This document shows positions 13,615 to 25,986 of a DNA stretch of 64,000 nucleotides, piece by piece (positions within the stretch are counted from its first letter, which is position 1; the number at the start of each line of letters is the position of its first letter). Under the pieces are notes generated by a model. That model saw only the letters and a program-made list of their open reading frames with translations. It made no database searches and was not told where the DNA came from. Location of the stretch: positions 58,354,464-58,418,463 of the forward strand of contig NC_043011.1 in NCBI RefSeq assembly GCF_006345805.1. Direction: 5' to 3'. This DNA comes from Octopus sinensis (taxonomy: Eukaryota). Made by a program: the position numbers and the translations under genes.

Positions 13615-14036
13615 CTTGAAAAATAACTGAACGAAAGAATGTCAGTGACATCATCGGATAGTTATGTTATTAAATGGATCCCTTCAGCGATAACCGAAAT
13701 ATAAAATGCAATTACGAGCTCCAAAATCTTGGATCTATACGTATCCTAAAGATTTTGACCTTGTGGCCGTTGTTGGAAAGACCATTGCCAGACCTGTTCC
13801 AGAAGACTCATAATCATCTTGCTTTTATATTTCACATAGAATACTTAAACGCATGGTATACTTAAACTGATAGAGTCGTTAGAAATTTCTATAGAATACC
13901 TAGAGACACTGTCCCTCTCTCTTGGCTCAAAGTCTGAGATCAAATCTTGCTAAGGTTATACTTTCAGAGTCGATAGAAAAATATCCAGTTTTAGGATCTT
14001 AGATTGTGTGAAGTGTTATAAGGTGAGGGAGGTGTC

Positions 14037-14262
14037 TTAACCCTTTCATTACTCTATTTATTCTGAGAGGCTCTGTGTCCTTTTCAATTAATTTTAAATA
14101 TAACTAAGAATTTAGTAAAAAAACCTAGTTATCATTCAGCTAGTGTTAGGAACATAAATTGTGACTAAGGTTTCGTGGAAGATTTTTATTCAAAACTTAT
14201 GAAAACAAGACATTTGTACTACAGAGCCAGAGCCGGTTTCAGCCGGGTTGGTAACGGAAGCT
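14037..14262. mobile_element. piggyBac-type MITE
   Basis: Left end TTAA-CCCTTTCATTAC; right end GGTAACGGAAG is a degraded inverted counterpart; about 225 bp, non-coding. Confidence 0.55.
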
Positions 14263-14599
14263 ATTTAGACTCGGTGTGTTCTGACAGCAATGACTGCCAC
14301 AATGCTGGTCTTCGTCGTCTGTATCGACTGATATGGCTTGTTGATCTTTTCCTGGAACAACATTGGTAGCGTGAAGAGAAGAACCTTGGGTGCAGAGATG
14401 ACTACCAGTCTTCCGCAAAATACTGTGTCTCTGCCTGTGCGTAACATGTAGAAAAACGTGAATAGATGTGCTCTTGAATTATATGTAGGGGTACGCTATA
14501 TAATGTATCTCCTTATTCCGTCTTTTGAAGACAGTAAAATGTTTTTTGAGGGTGATTCAAGTAGTTTATCTACAAGTCGAACGACCATGAGATATTTCC

Positions 14600-15085
14600 T
14601 TCCTTCTAGTTTGATATTCTACGGTGACAGTGTATAAAAATCTGTATTCATATAATTATTCAGACGAGAGAAATGGCAGAAATATTTTGAGAATATAAAT
14701 TGGAATATACACGCATCTTATTCAAGAAGAGATTTTATCTATAATCGCATCAGGGAATAGAAACTCAGGTTCCCTGCAGGATTTTGATAAAGATATTTAC
14801 ATTTCAATTATTTCGCACAAAAGCACAATTTCAACGACCAGAGATTGTCTATTGTAGACTAAATCTGTACATATAAAGTTAAATTAGAGCAACACTGCGA
14901 TACAGAGAAAATTATTATTATTTCATATCAATTGGGTCAACATCCTTCACCATTATTCCCAAAGGTATCGAAAACAATTAACTACTCTGGACACGTTCAA
15001 ACGTCATCTTGACAAATTCTTACAAACCATTCCAGACAGGCCGTCTACAACAATTCCCTGCTTTAGGCTCAATACGAGACATTAA
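14600..15085 (+). mobile_element. CR1-type LINE 3' relic
   Basis: NLYS...RRE-like motif (about 14640-14670) and TLDTFKRHLDKFLQTIPDRP (about 14985-15045). Confidence 0.6.
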
Positions 15086-15434
15086 AATCACTTAAAAATA
15101 TCATTAATTAATTAGGTAGAGCTATTTAAATTAAATATCGCTTTATTCACCGCCGGCTGAATCTTATCTGAAGTATATATATATATTTAATCGGACAAAC
15201 ACGGGCCCACATATATATACACAAACACAAATATGTATGTTAGTATGCATGTATGGGTGTATATATTTGTATATGTGTACGTATGAATACACACATGAAT
15301 ATATATCTGTGTGTGTGTGTGTGTGGGTGTGTATCGCTTGTTTCGTGACAAGAGATTTTGCGATTTGTTCCGCGATATTTACGTAAAGATTGCGGTCTAT
15401 TAGTTATGTTTGCAGAAGTAATATCATTATGAAG

Positions 15435-15530
15435 GCGGTGAACTGGCAGAATTGTTCGAATGCCGGACAAAATGCTTAACGTCTTTATGTTCCGAGCTAC
15501 GTTCCGGTGAGGTCGACTTTTTGTCTTTTA
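15435..15530 (+). mobile_element. SINE family A, truncated
   Basis: ggcggtgaactggcagaattgtt...gaggtcgactt. Confidence 0.7.
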
Positions 15531-15540
15531 AATTTCGATA

Positions 15541-15954
15541 CTCTCTTTACTGTTTACTCTTTTACTTGTTTCAGTAATTTGACTGCGGCCATGCTGGAGC
15601 ACCGCCTTTAGTCGAGCAAATCAACCCTGGGACTTATTCTTTGTAAGCCCAGTACTTATTCTATCAGCCTCTTTTGCCGAACTGCTAAGTGACGGGGATG
15701 TAAACACACCAGCATCGGTTGTCAAGCAATGCTAGGGGGACAAACACTCACACAAACACACACACATACACATATATATATATATATATATACATATATA
15801 CGACAGGCTTCTTTCAGTTTCCGCCTACCAAATCCACTCACAAGGCATTGGTCGGCCCGGGGCTATAGCAGAAGACACTTGCCCAAGATGCCATGCAGTG
15901 GGACTGAACCCGGAACCATGTGGCCGGTTAGCAAGTTACTTACCATACAGCCAC
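15541..15954 (-). mobile_element. SINE family B, near full length
   Basis: Reverse complement of the 7971 copy (ctcttttacttgtttcag...cttaccatacagccac). Confidence 0.9.
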
Positions 15955-16072
15955 AAAAAATAGCACTGAATATTGGAGCGATGCAATAAATTTCCCCTAC
16001 ACATAACTACTGGCCCCTTGCCAGAATCTGAAATTCTTCTTCTTCTCATTATTATTACTGTTTTTCTTGTTG

Positions 16073-16210
16073 TTAAGGTGGTGAGCTGGCAGAATCGTTA
16101 GCGCGCTGGGCGAAATGCTTAGCGTTATTTCGCCCGTCGCTACGTTCTGTGTTCAAAATTCCGCCGAGGTTGACTTTGCCTTTCAACATACCGGAGTCGA
16201 TAAAATAAGA
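16073..16210 (+). mobile_element. SINE family A, monomer
   Basis: ggtgagctggcagaatcgttagcgcgctgggcgaaatgcttagc...gaggttgactttgcctttc. Confidence 0.85.
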
Positions 16211-16244
16211 ATTGCTACATCAAGGGCAGCAATTCTTATTTGAA

Positions 16245-16251
16245 ACCATTA

Positions 16252-16322
<71 letters not shown>

Positions 16323-16346
16323 ATTATTAATATTATTATTATAATA

Positions 16347-16392
<46 letters not shown>

Positions 16393-16950
16393 TATTATTA
16401 TTATTATTATTATTGAGTGAGAGAGCAGTTCATGCCATCAAAGTAACACTGGGGTAAAACACACGAAGCCCAATATACCCATCATGACTACCCGTCCGAT
16501 CAGGGTACACCAGACACATGCATCACAACCATATGTGCGCGACATGGTGATCTCATATCAAGATAAACAGCACATGACCTTGCAGGTGGGGCCCAGTTAG
16601 AATTTTCTTCAGGTTGAGTAGCCCATCCCGCTCAAAATGTCCCTGAATAAGGGTTGTTTAAGGATGTTGAAAGAACCACCCATGTTTCCAGAGGTGAATT
16701 ATTCAAACCCCAAAGAATCACTCTCAACACATGGCTATGATGCTCCCCCACTACTTCTGCTCGTGATCAGAGATGCACATATCGTCAGCCACTAAGGGAC
16801 ATGCTCAACTGGTTAAGGTCAAACAACTGACAAGCAAATCTGTGGTATGGAGCAGAATATTTGCTGTAGTCCATCTTTTATACCACGACAAAACAATGTA
16901 CATGATAACACTTCCAATCAGTTAAAATCAGAAGCCATGAGAGCCACTGC
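16245..16950 (-). mobile_element. Non-coding retroelement (LINE 3' UTR or LINE-tail-sharing SINE) with (AAT)n tail
   Basis: 16413-16530 resembles 33012-33128, which directly follows a LINE ORF end; (ATT)n array at 16245-16412 on the 3' side. Confidence 0.6.
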
Positions 16951-16991
16951 CCGTATTATTATTATTATAATTATTATTATTATTATTATTA

Positions 16992-17047
<56 letters not shown>

Positions 17048-17440
17048 TATTATTATTATTATTATAATATTGGCTGCAGAGTTGTAAATAGTTGTTTTCG
17101 AAGAGGCTGCGTGGCACTGTTAGAGATATAGTTTTCACCTGTTTGTTATTGTTGTGTTTTCAAATTTATTGTTAAGGACACCAGACATCTCATGATTGGG
17201 ATATTGTGCTTGATTTTGTCCCTTACGGCGCAATATTTTGCCTTCATAAATTCCCCAACTCGTTTTAAAAGTAGAATTCAAACATACATACAAGATGGCG
17301 TCATTAACTGCCAGCTTTGGAACATTGAGAGGAAGAAGCATTCCTCTCACCAGCTCTTCCTCAGACAAAGACTTTCCTCCCCTTGAAAACTGTGAGATGA
17401 AAGGTGACGGCAGCGGCAGTGGAGGCGCAATGGCCCAGTG

Positions 17441-17510
17441 GTTAGGGCAGCGGACTCGCGGTCGGAGGCGCGCGGTTTCGATTCTCAGACCGGTTTCGAT
17501 TCTCAGACCG
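17441..17510 (+). mobile_element. SINE family C, tRNA-like head only
   Basis: ggaggcgcaatggcccagtggttagggcagcggactcgcggtc with box A/B-like motifs; matches 19842. Confidence 0.75.
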
Positions 17511-18194
17511 CTGAGCCTGGATGTATATTGATCCATCCGTCGATGCTGTTGGTGTCGGTGGTTAACAAACAATCAGCGGCAACAAGAACAACAATAACGA
17601 CGACAACAACAACAACAAGAAAAACTTAAACAGTGAATAATGATAAACAGTGAAATAACGCGTGAAATCAGCAGCAGCAACATCACCACTACCGCCACCA
17701 CCGTCACTAGCAGTAGCAGAAGGAAGTAAAGCAGGGGACATAGTAAGAACAGGAGAGAGAGAGCAACAGTGACCCCTTTCCCCACCAACAACACATCCAC
17801 TACAACAACAAAACAATATTGAAATCAAAATATAGAGGGAGACGGTGAACGAGAAGAGCAAGTCAAAGGACTTTAATGAAACCCGCGAGAATCCTGAAGA
17901 CGCCAACAATAACAGCAATAGTTTTTTTCTGACGTGGATAGCACCAAAAACGAAATGTTTTCACTAACCCTGGATAGGAAAATCCCAAAACTGGCTGAAC
18001 ACAAAAGAACAATTAAATATGAGGGAAGTAAAGTAGCGGTACTTGTGCGTTGGGAAATAATTCAAGAGTGGGGAAAACGGATATGTATTATAGGAGTGTA
18101 TCCCGAAAGTGCAGAAGAGCCGAACCGGCCAGGGTGGCTCAGGTGATGATCTTGAAAGACGTCTTGGACAATGTGACTCAAATGCAGAGAGAAA

Positions 18195-18441
18195 GACAGT
18201 GAAAGGTCGAAGAGTCCAGTTTGCTGGACATTGTTGTAGAGCGGGGTAATTTCTACTGTTCTCCTCTGGAAGCCACCTGCTCGCGATACCAGAGAGCGCA
18301 CACTCTCCTACCCTGATGTAATCTCCAGAGATACATGCATCCAGTAACAGGACCTACGTAATGCTAAGAAAGACCGTGAATTCTGGCGTAACATAGTAAA
18401 TTCCATTGTCTCGACCACGGTCGAACAATGATGATGATGAG
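18195..18441 (+). mobile_element. RTE-clade LINE 3' end
   Basis: RRVQFAGHCCRA...LLWKP...TLSYPDVISRDT...DREFWRNIVNSIVSTTVEQ* followed by a (TGA)n tail. Confidence 0.85.
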
Positions 18442-19841
18442 AGAGCAATGCATACATGGACATGTCCTGGAGTGGTCCTGGGAGTAGGGTCGCCTGCTTA
18501 ACAACCTCGGGTCAATAGCTATGGATGTGACAGCCGTCAGCAAAACCAAGAAATCCGACACACGCGATCTAGACCACACTTCCGACAATTTCGAGATCTA
18601 GGCATCCCTTAATCAGCTGGAATTGGTAGGACTGGAATTAATCGGCTGGGATTGGAATTTCTGTTCAAAGTTGGTTAAAGCAGCGCAGATGGCCCCTGTG
18701 AATGAGCTTACTCTAACCATTCGCTTGTAAACCGGAAGAGATGTGAAAGTGAGGTACCTTCTGAGGTACACTTCGCGGTCAGAATATCCAGGAAGTGTGT
18801 GGTTTTTCGGTTGTCCCTAGGATGAACTCCGCCTTTTGTGGAATTTTATTGCGTAATGTTATTGTTAATAGTTTTTTTACACGACGTTGTATGCTTCGAA
18901 GAATTATATTAATAAAACAAAAATGATTATTTTGGAGAGATTATCGATATTATCTCTGAAGGTAAACTTGAAAGCCAAGAATTCTACAATGACAGTTCTT
19001 GTATTAATTTTTTGTTTCAGTTTGTTCGAGTCGCAAAACATTTTGATAACTGAGTGTACGTTAAGTTAGAAGAGAACAAAATCTTGTATTTGCTAACAGA
19101 CATTTCGGATACGAATAGACCATGAAACTAATGTCTACCAAACGTCTAATCCGTGAAGAGCCAGTTATATAGGAAGAACAAAAATTAATATTCTGATAGC
19201 AGCTCTCGTAAAAGATGGTGAAAAATCTAACGCGCATGTATCTAGCTTCAGAGATGGAAGTATAAAAAAAAAAGGAAAAAAAGAAACCTGCTTTATCGTA
19301 TGCAGATTCTAAAGCTACAATAAGATTAAAGTGAAAAAGCAAGAAAAAAAAACGATATATTTATGAAAACGAAAATTATTCATGAAAGAATGAGCTATTC
19401 CCTATGTACCTTTGTAATATTTGGAATAGGTATGATAGTGGGAAGGAAAAAATAAAATGCGTAGAGTTGTGTAGAGATAACAATTTATTCGTTACTGCGA
19501 GTATTTTGATACTGCATCCGAAATTAAAATAGCTAATATGTGGAGGTAATTCCCGCGTGAGTCAGAGCTCAAAATTAAGGGAGGAGAGAAAACTTATGAA
19601 TTTATTAGATCTCCTTTGTTACTCATCCACTGGAAACAAACTTGCATATATTTTCACCTAATGAATATCTGAATACTGAATCTTCAAAACAAAATTTCCA
19701 GCAATAATTCAATATAAAAGCTTGTATTTAGTCACACAGTATGTTAGAAACAGTAGTCAAATCCAATTATTTTTATTTGTATTGCGTAATTATAGTTGCT
19801 CTCTTTGTAATATTTGATGTTGTTGTTTATATTGTTTCTGT

Positions 19842-20190
19842 GGAGGCGCAATGGTCCAGTGGTTAGGTCAGTGGACTCGCGGTCGTAGAATCGTGTTTTC
19901 GATTCCCGGACCGGAAACACCTAAAGCGCCACCTGGCTCCGGCAGGGTTTGGTGGCTAAACTTGCTGTACTCTTTCACAACAACTTTCTGCCATTCTTTC
20001 TTCCTGTTTCTGTTGTACCTGTATTTCAAAGAGACAGCCTTGTCACAATCTGTGTCACGCTGAATCTCTCCGAGAATTACGTTAAGGGTACACGTATCTG
20101 TGGAGCACCCAACCACTTGCAAGTTAATCTCACGAGCAGTCTGTTCCGTTGATCAGATCAAATGGAACCATCGTCGTCGCAACCGATGGA
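19842..20190 (+). mobile_element. SINE family C
   Basis: tRNA-like head ggaggcgcaatggtccagtggttagg...tcgattccc followed by a 290-bp body. Confidence 0.75.
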
Positions 20191-20299
20191 GTGCCACGAA
20201 GAAGATATCGCTTCTGTTATTAACGTTGTTGCTGTTTCTGTTGTTGATTTTATTGTAATTTGCCTTGTACATATTCCCGATATTGTCTTTCTTGCTCTT

Positions 20300-20430
20300 G
20301 TTGTTCGAGTCGAAAGATAAAAGGCAGCGTTGACCTCGGCTCAACCTAATTTGAATTAAAAACGTAAACCATCCAGGATCTAACAAACTAAAAGTATTTT
20401 TTCCGGACAATCCAACGCATTAACCGGATC
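20300..20430 (-). mobile_element. SINE family A, degenerate
   Basis: cgagtcgaaagataaaaggcagcgttgacctcggc...aatttgaa is the reverse complement of the family A core. Confidence 0.55.
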
Positions 20431-20443
20431 GTCCTTTTCATTA

Positions 20444-23273
20444 TCTATAAAATTCACTTTGTGTGTGTGTTCCATCTATGCACAGCCAAACCGCTGGACC
20501 AATCTGTACCAAATTTGGTAAGAAGGTTTTACATTACTCGAGGAAGAATCTGTGGGTGAGGCAGATTTTAGCCCTTGCTCATATAGGGAGGCTGTAGCCC
20601 ACCCTCTCATATGACCCTTCCGATTTTTTTTCAGCAGATTCTTATATTTTCGTTGGTGGTAATTTCCAATTTGTAACAAACCATGTTTTCAAAATTTTGA
20701 ATTCTAATTAAATTTTAAATGTCTAACATTTTTTATCTTTTTTTTTTCAATCTATGTGGAAAAATATGGAGATCAAGATTATGGAGAAAATTATTTCAAA
20801 TTTTCTATGAAGAACTCAAACATTGATCCACACACCGCTTGTCACCTCATCCCGTTGTCTAAAACTGAAAATGAGCTACTAAAAAATAACAGCTAAATGT
20901 CTGGAAATATTCTGTGTCTGTGTGCCCGCGCGCGCAATGATTTCTACAGTATATGTGAATGAACAGAGAGAGTAAACAAAAATGTGTTTTACATACCTGT
21001 CATATACCTCGGTTTTCTGTTCGCTTTAAGTGTAAACGATTTTCGTAGAAGAATATACGATATTGAATAATTCTACGTCTACGACCACACATCATTTTCT
21101 TCTTAAAATACAGATAAACACTTTTAAATTGTGATAATGAAATAAGGGGTTTATTCCTTACCGCCAAATTTAATTTCTCTTACAAAAGAGAGGGTGGCAT
21201 TTTCTCTCTTTTTTCATTATTTAATTAGAAGAAAGATTGCAAGGTATGTAAAAATGCTTTTCTAGACAAAATTTTCGTGTACGCTCCTATCGTGCACGCA
21301 TTCACATTAAGTCTTTCACACTATGGTTGGTTACTGATAAACATAATTGCGACTGGATAAAGATTTCATAAATATTGACAATAACGCCATACTCGCTAAA
21401 TACTAACCCTAATTGTAACCCTAAACCCTAAAGCTGTTCACTGTAGGACTGGAGCTGAGCCCCTGCAACCTCTTCCGTCGCGGGGATTCTTCTCAATGAA
21501 CTGGAATTACTATATTGTAAAACTGAAAATTCGAAGTTATACACAACATGTATAATTTTCAGAATAAGACTTACAACTTTTATTACATTGATATAAATCA
21601 TTCATTCTGTCCTTTAGGTAATATACACTGTAAGATATATTTCAATTTATACAATAAATTGTATAAATTCGTGGAATAGACCTAATAAAATTAGTTAGAG
21701 TGCACTCGATATTTTATATTTAAATTATATTTAAATATGACTATTTCTACTTGGGTAGGAATTAGGAAATATTATATCTTGATAAACTTCCAATACATAT
21801 TTGCATATGTTTGAAACAACTCGTCTTATTAACTCTTGATATTTCACATTTAAATCCGATGTGAGTATTTATTCTTCGATTTAGTCTGAAAAATATTATA
21901 TGCTGATAAATTACATTAATTATTTTTAATATTCTTGGGGCAACTCGGTTATTAACATATTTCTATTTTAAATCAATTGTGAGTAATTATAGAGATTAAT
22001 AAATATTTGGTGCTGATAACTAACATTACATACTTATTTTTTTTTACTGCCCAGAAGTGGCTACAAAGCAAATGTCTCCTTCCAAAAGGAGTAAAGAAAT
22101 ATATTTTTTACGGAAATTCACAATCATATGATCCCATGTGATCAGGTTTGACAACTATGCTGTTTGTAAAGAAAGAATACTCCCACATAAAGGTCTCAGT
22201 GCCGTACATGTACATATTAGACATTGGAAAGGGTTACAGGCGATGTCATGTACCCTACACGTGCCAAGCTAACTCAATTTCTCTTCCAAAAGAGAGGGTG
22301 ACAGTTTCTCTCGTTTTCAATATTAACTTGATCGATCTGTCATTAAACCAGTATCTTAATTTCATTTCATACACACTTTGTAATCATTTATATGGAGCAT
22401 TGCAAGAGCAACGTAAGATACCCCGTGGTGAGATGGTACCAACGGTCGGTGATCTCAAAATGCATGTGTTTCCAAACATTGCACAAAACTTTACCAACAG
22501 TCAGTGGCTGTGTGAGCGAGCTATCTTAGCGCCACGTAATGATGCTGTCAACAAAACCAATTGGGATCCCTTGCAGCTGTTGCCAGGACAACAACAATCT
22601 TTCAAATCCGTCGACATTGTCATTGATCACGACCAAGCTTTAGCTTATTGAACTGAGTTCCCGAACTCTCTACGGCCATCTGGGATCCCACCACACAATG
22701 TAACACTTACAAAGGGGGTCCAATCATTCTTCTGAGGAATCAGGATCCAATTTGCCTGTGCAATGGTACCAGACTAGTGGTGAAAGCCATGCAACCCCAT
22801 GTCCTAGTAGCAGCAATCATCACTGGGAAATATAAAGGTGAGGATGTCTTCATTCCACGGATCCTGTTTATTCCACCTGTGCTCCCCTTTCAATTTTAAC
22901 GGCTCCAATTCCCTGTGAAACCACGTTTTGCTATGTCAATGAACGAATCTCAAGAACAGTTTCTCAATGTTGTTGCACTTAACGTTGCTTCTCCTAGCTT
23001 CTGTCATGGGCAATTGTATGTAGGATATTTGTGAGTTGGAAGTCCCAAAACCCTGTTTATTTGTACCCCAAATAAAGGGCGGAATAAAAAAATATTGTAT
23101 ATTTAAAACTTCTATAAAATTAAACTGTGATTAATTTCAGGATTTGTTTTAATAACTGTTTATACTCACGTGATCTGAATATATATTTTCTGAAAATATA
23201 TTTTTATCGGAATCGTATCATATTTCATTTGACATCCTTTTAACGTCCGAGCAATGCCGGGTACTTAAGCTAG
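20444..23273 (+). mobile_element. Non-autonomous Helitron with both termini and a Pif1-type helicase C-terminal relic
   Basis: 5' A|TC at 20443/20444; WLCERAILAPRNDAVN, SGIPPHN, CNGTRLVVK, FAMSMNESQ and HGQLYV motifs (22400-23110, frameshifted); 3' hairpin gtccgagcaatgccgggtac (23245-23264) and CTAG|T at 23270-23274. Confidence 0.85.
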
Positions 23274-23814
23274 TGCTAAATGCAATAACTTGTCGCTTCT
23301 GTACAAATTACTCTTTCAATGAAGGATATTTTCAGGAGTTCATAATATTATTGCAAAACCTTAAAGTTTTCGATTGTGTTCGATATATTTTCACAGTTAG
23401 GCTAGATGACAGCGCTCAGGCACGTTTTATTGCATGAAATATTTCTAGTAGATGTTTTTAAGTTTCGGCCTACAGCTGAGATTGTCGACGCCATTACTAT
23501 TGTTATGATTGAAGATATATGACAATCAAAAGCGATGAATTCAGAAATCCTAACAAATAATATAGAGAAAATAAAAGAAACGAAAATCACGAAAGATCGT
23601 AGTGGGAGCAAGAAATACGGGTTAACCATCAATTGGTGACATCAAGCGGCTGAATGATAAAGCTGACAATAGAAAGCTGAAGGGTAACAACGGATCACAA
23701 ACTTCTTGCGCGCGCACTCACACGCAGATATGCATGTGTGTGTGTGTGATTATATTAATCTTTGTTTTTTTCTGATAACTTAGATATAATGACATTTTAA
23801 TATTAAACCAAAAG

Positions 23815-23892
23815 AAAGCGGTGGGATGGCAGAATCATTAGCATGCCGGACAAATGTGTAGCGGCATTTCGTCCGTTTTTGTGTCCTGAGTT
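23815..23892 (+). mobile_element. SINE family A head, truncated
   Basis: gcggtgggatggcagaatcattagcatgccggacaaatg...gcggcatttcgtcc. Confidence 0.65.
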
Positions 23893-24577
23893 GTATGTTT
23901 TTACATATGTATATATGTATGAGTGTAACTTGAACGAACTTTCAATCAAGTATTATTAACCTTTTTCATGTATAAATTCTAGCCATTCTCTGAAATAACG
24001 AAAGAATCCTATACCAACTCTGTGAATCAGAAAATGACCAATAAGTCTTGAACATACAAGTAAAAATACATTCATGTATTAAATATCTCGAGTCTGATCT
24101 CTTCTGGAGTAATGTTTAATTTGTTATCTATGAAATTATCGTTAAAACAGCGAAAACTTATAATTTCATCAAATGTTACTTAATAATATATATCCGAATG
24201 CATTAGTAAACAAAACCGTAGAACTATGCACGAATAGATACAACCAGGTATATATTATCGCAACAGAACCTAGCAAAAAGACATAGATATATTAAATAAT
24301 AAATGGACGAAAGCATCCAAGAGTGAACAGCACTCATAAAACAGAACAAAAGGTTCCAAAATAACCCCGAACACCACTGAGAGTTAGGATGTTTAAACAC
24401 CCTTTTCCACTAGAATTGAGTTAAGAAAACACTCATGAAAATAAAAAAGAGAAACGGAATCTGTAAGAAACAACAAAATATAAATATTTCAATGTGAAGA
24501 TGAACAATCTAAATTAACTGATGGCTAAGATTTGCAATATAATGGAAAACCCTACGAAAAATTATAAATAGATAAAT

Positions 24578-24655
<78 letters not shown>

Positions 24656-24799
24656 AATTTATATATGGGGGAAAAGTAAAAATTAACTAGAAAATTCACC
24701 CTACGTATAAAAGAAATGGATTCTTAAAAAAACCCCAGATATATACATACAAATAAATGATATGAGATAGAATTAAGAAGTATAAAAATCGTTATCATG

Positions 24800-25330
24800 A
24801 CTCAATATAGAAAGTCATACTGGTTACGTCTTAGCTGTTCACTGATTTTGAATGTACACCGATTTCCAACAGTGTTAAGTCTAATAGTACCTGAGTGAAA
24901 AGATTGCATGCAATCGTGTTAAGCAATTCTGAAAGTGATGCAGCTAAGGTAGATATGATTAATAGAGTATGAATAGTGAAGGGGATGTATGAGGTTTAGT
25001 GAGATTATTGGTGTTATTAAGGTGAATAGTGTCCTGTATTAAGCTGTATGTTCATGTTAAGTTGTGGTTGATATTTATTAATTAAAGTTGCCGCATAGTT
25101 TAGTCTTTGCTGCACCTAGGTGTTCTAGGAACATTGATAAAAAGGGGAAATTAGGGAGTTTGGTTTAAGGTTCCTAATGCATCTCTATGTGATCGATGAG
25201 CTGTATCTGTCTATATTGTGGGAAGCGGATTCGTTCTTTGTGAAGCGTCGTTCTTCGTCTGAGGGACATTCTATGTTATTACCTGCTTAGGTTACGGAAA
25301 CCACTATATAGGCCAAAGACGATTGTCTAT
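24800..25330 (-). mobile_element. Penelope-like element 3' relic (GIY-YIG C-terminus)
   Basis: RRTTLHKERIRFPQYRQI..DHIE...PFYQC...INKYQPQLN across frameshifts; similar to 28413-28640. Confidence 0.65.
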
Positions 25331-25389
25331 CGTTTCGCCTTCTTTCTTGACTTCGAGGGTGAAATGGGCATGCAACGTCAACTATATAG

Positions 25390-25464
<75 letters not shown>

Positions 25465-25620
25465 CATCACCATCACCATCACCACCACCACCACCACCAC
25501 CACCACCACCACCACCACCAACACCACCATCATCATCATCACCACCACCACCATCATCATCGGACCAGAGGAAAAATGACAAATTGAAGTAAAAAAATCA
25601 AAATAATAATATTAGTGTTG

Positions 25621-25680
<60 letters not shown>
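25390..25680. repeat. Compound triplet microsatellite (ATT)-(ATC)-(ACC)-(ATC), then (AAT)n
   Basis: Directly visible. Confidence 0.95.
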
Positions 25681-25681
<1 letters not shown>

Positions 25682-25945
25682 AAGGAAGCGGTTGGAATCT
25701 CCCAATGCTCTGGGCGGTGATTTATTGTGAAACCATCTCTAGATGGGTTTACAATAAAAACACTGGTAATTGCGCAATCTGATAATCGCTACCTCATATG
25801 AATGAGAAGAAAAAATATATATTGTGAATAACGGTGGTAATGAAAATGAAGCCCTTGAAGGTGACAGTGTTCCACCTGGAAGGTGCACAGATACTGGTCC
25901 GACTCCAGCCTGTCGTTATCCAGCAAATAAAACAAACGATTCTGG

Positions 25946-25986
<41 letters not shown>

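Larger units (their letters stand above)
17100..18850 (+). mobile_element. Degenerate Tx1/L1-like LINE 5' region (ORF1 plus start of APE endonuclease)
   Basis: caagATGGCG start giving MASLTASFGTLRGR...DFPPL; LLNNLGSIAMDVTAVSKTK (about 18495) resembles the APE N-terminus; interrupted by a SINE head and an RTE tail. Confidence 0.5.

Noticed and set aside
14265-14447. GC-richer segment with open frames next to the MITE
   Set aside because: No recognisable domain in any frame; left unassigned
17441-19912. tRNA-like sequences at 17441 and 19842
   Set aside because: They are SINE heads; no complete cloverleaf or acceptor stem, and they continue into SINE body or are truncated
23402-23632. Hydrophobic 76-aa ORF resembling a membrane-protein segment
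   Set aside because: No recognisable motif and no convincing splice boundaries
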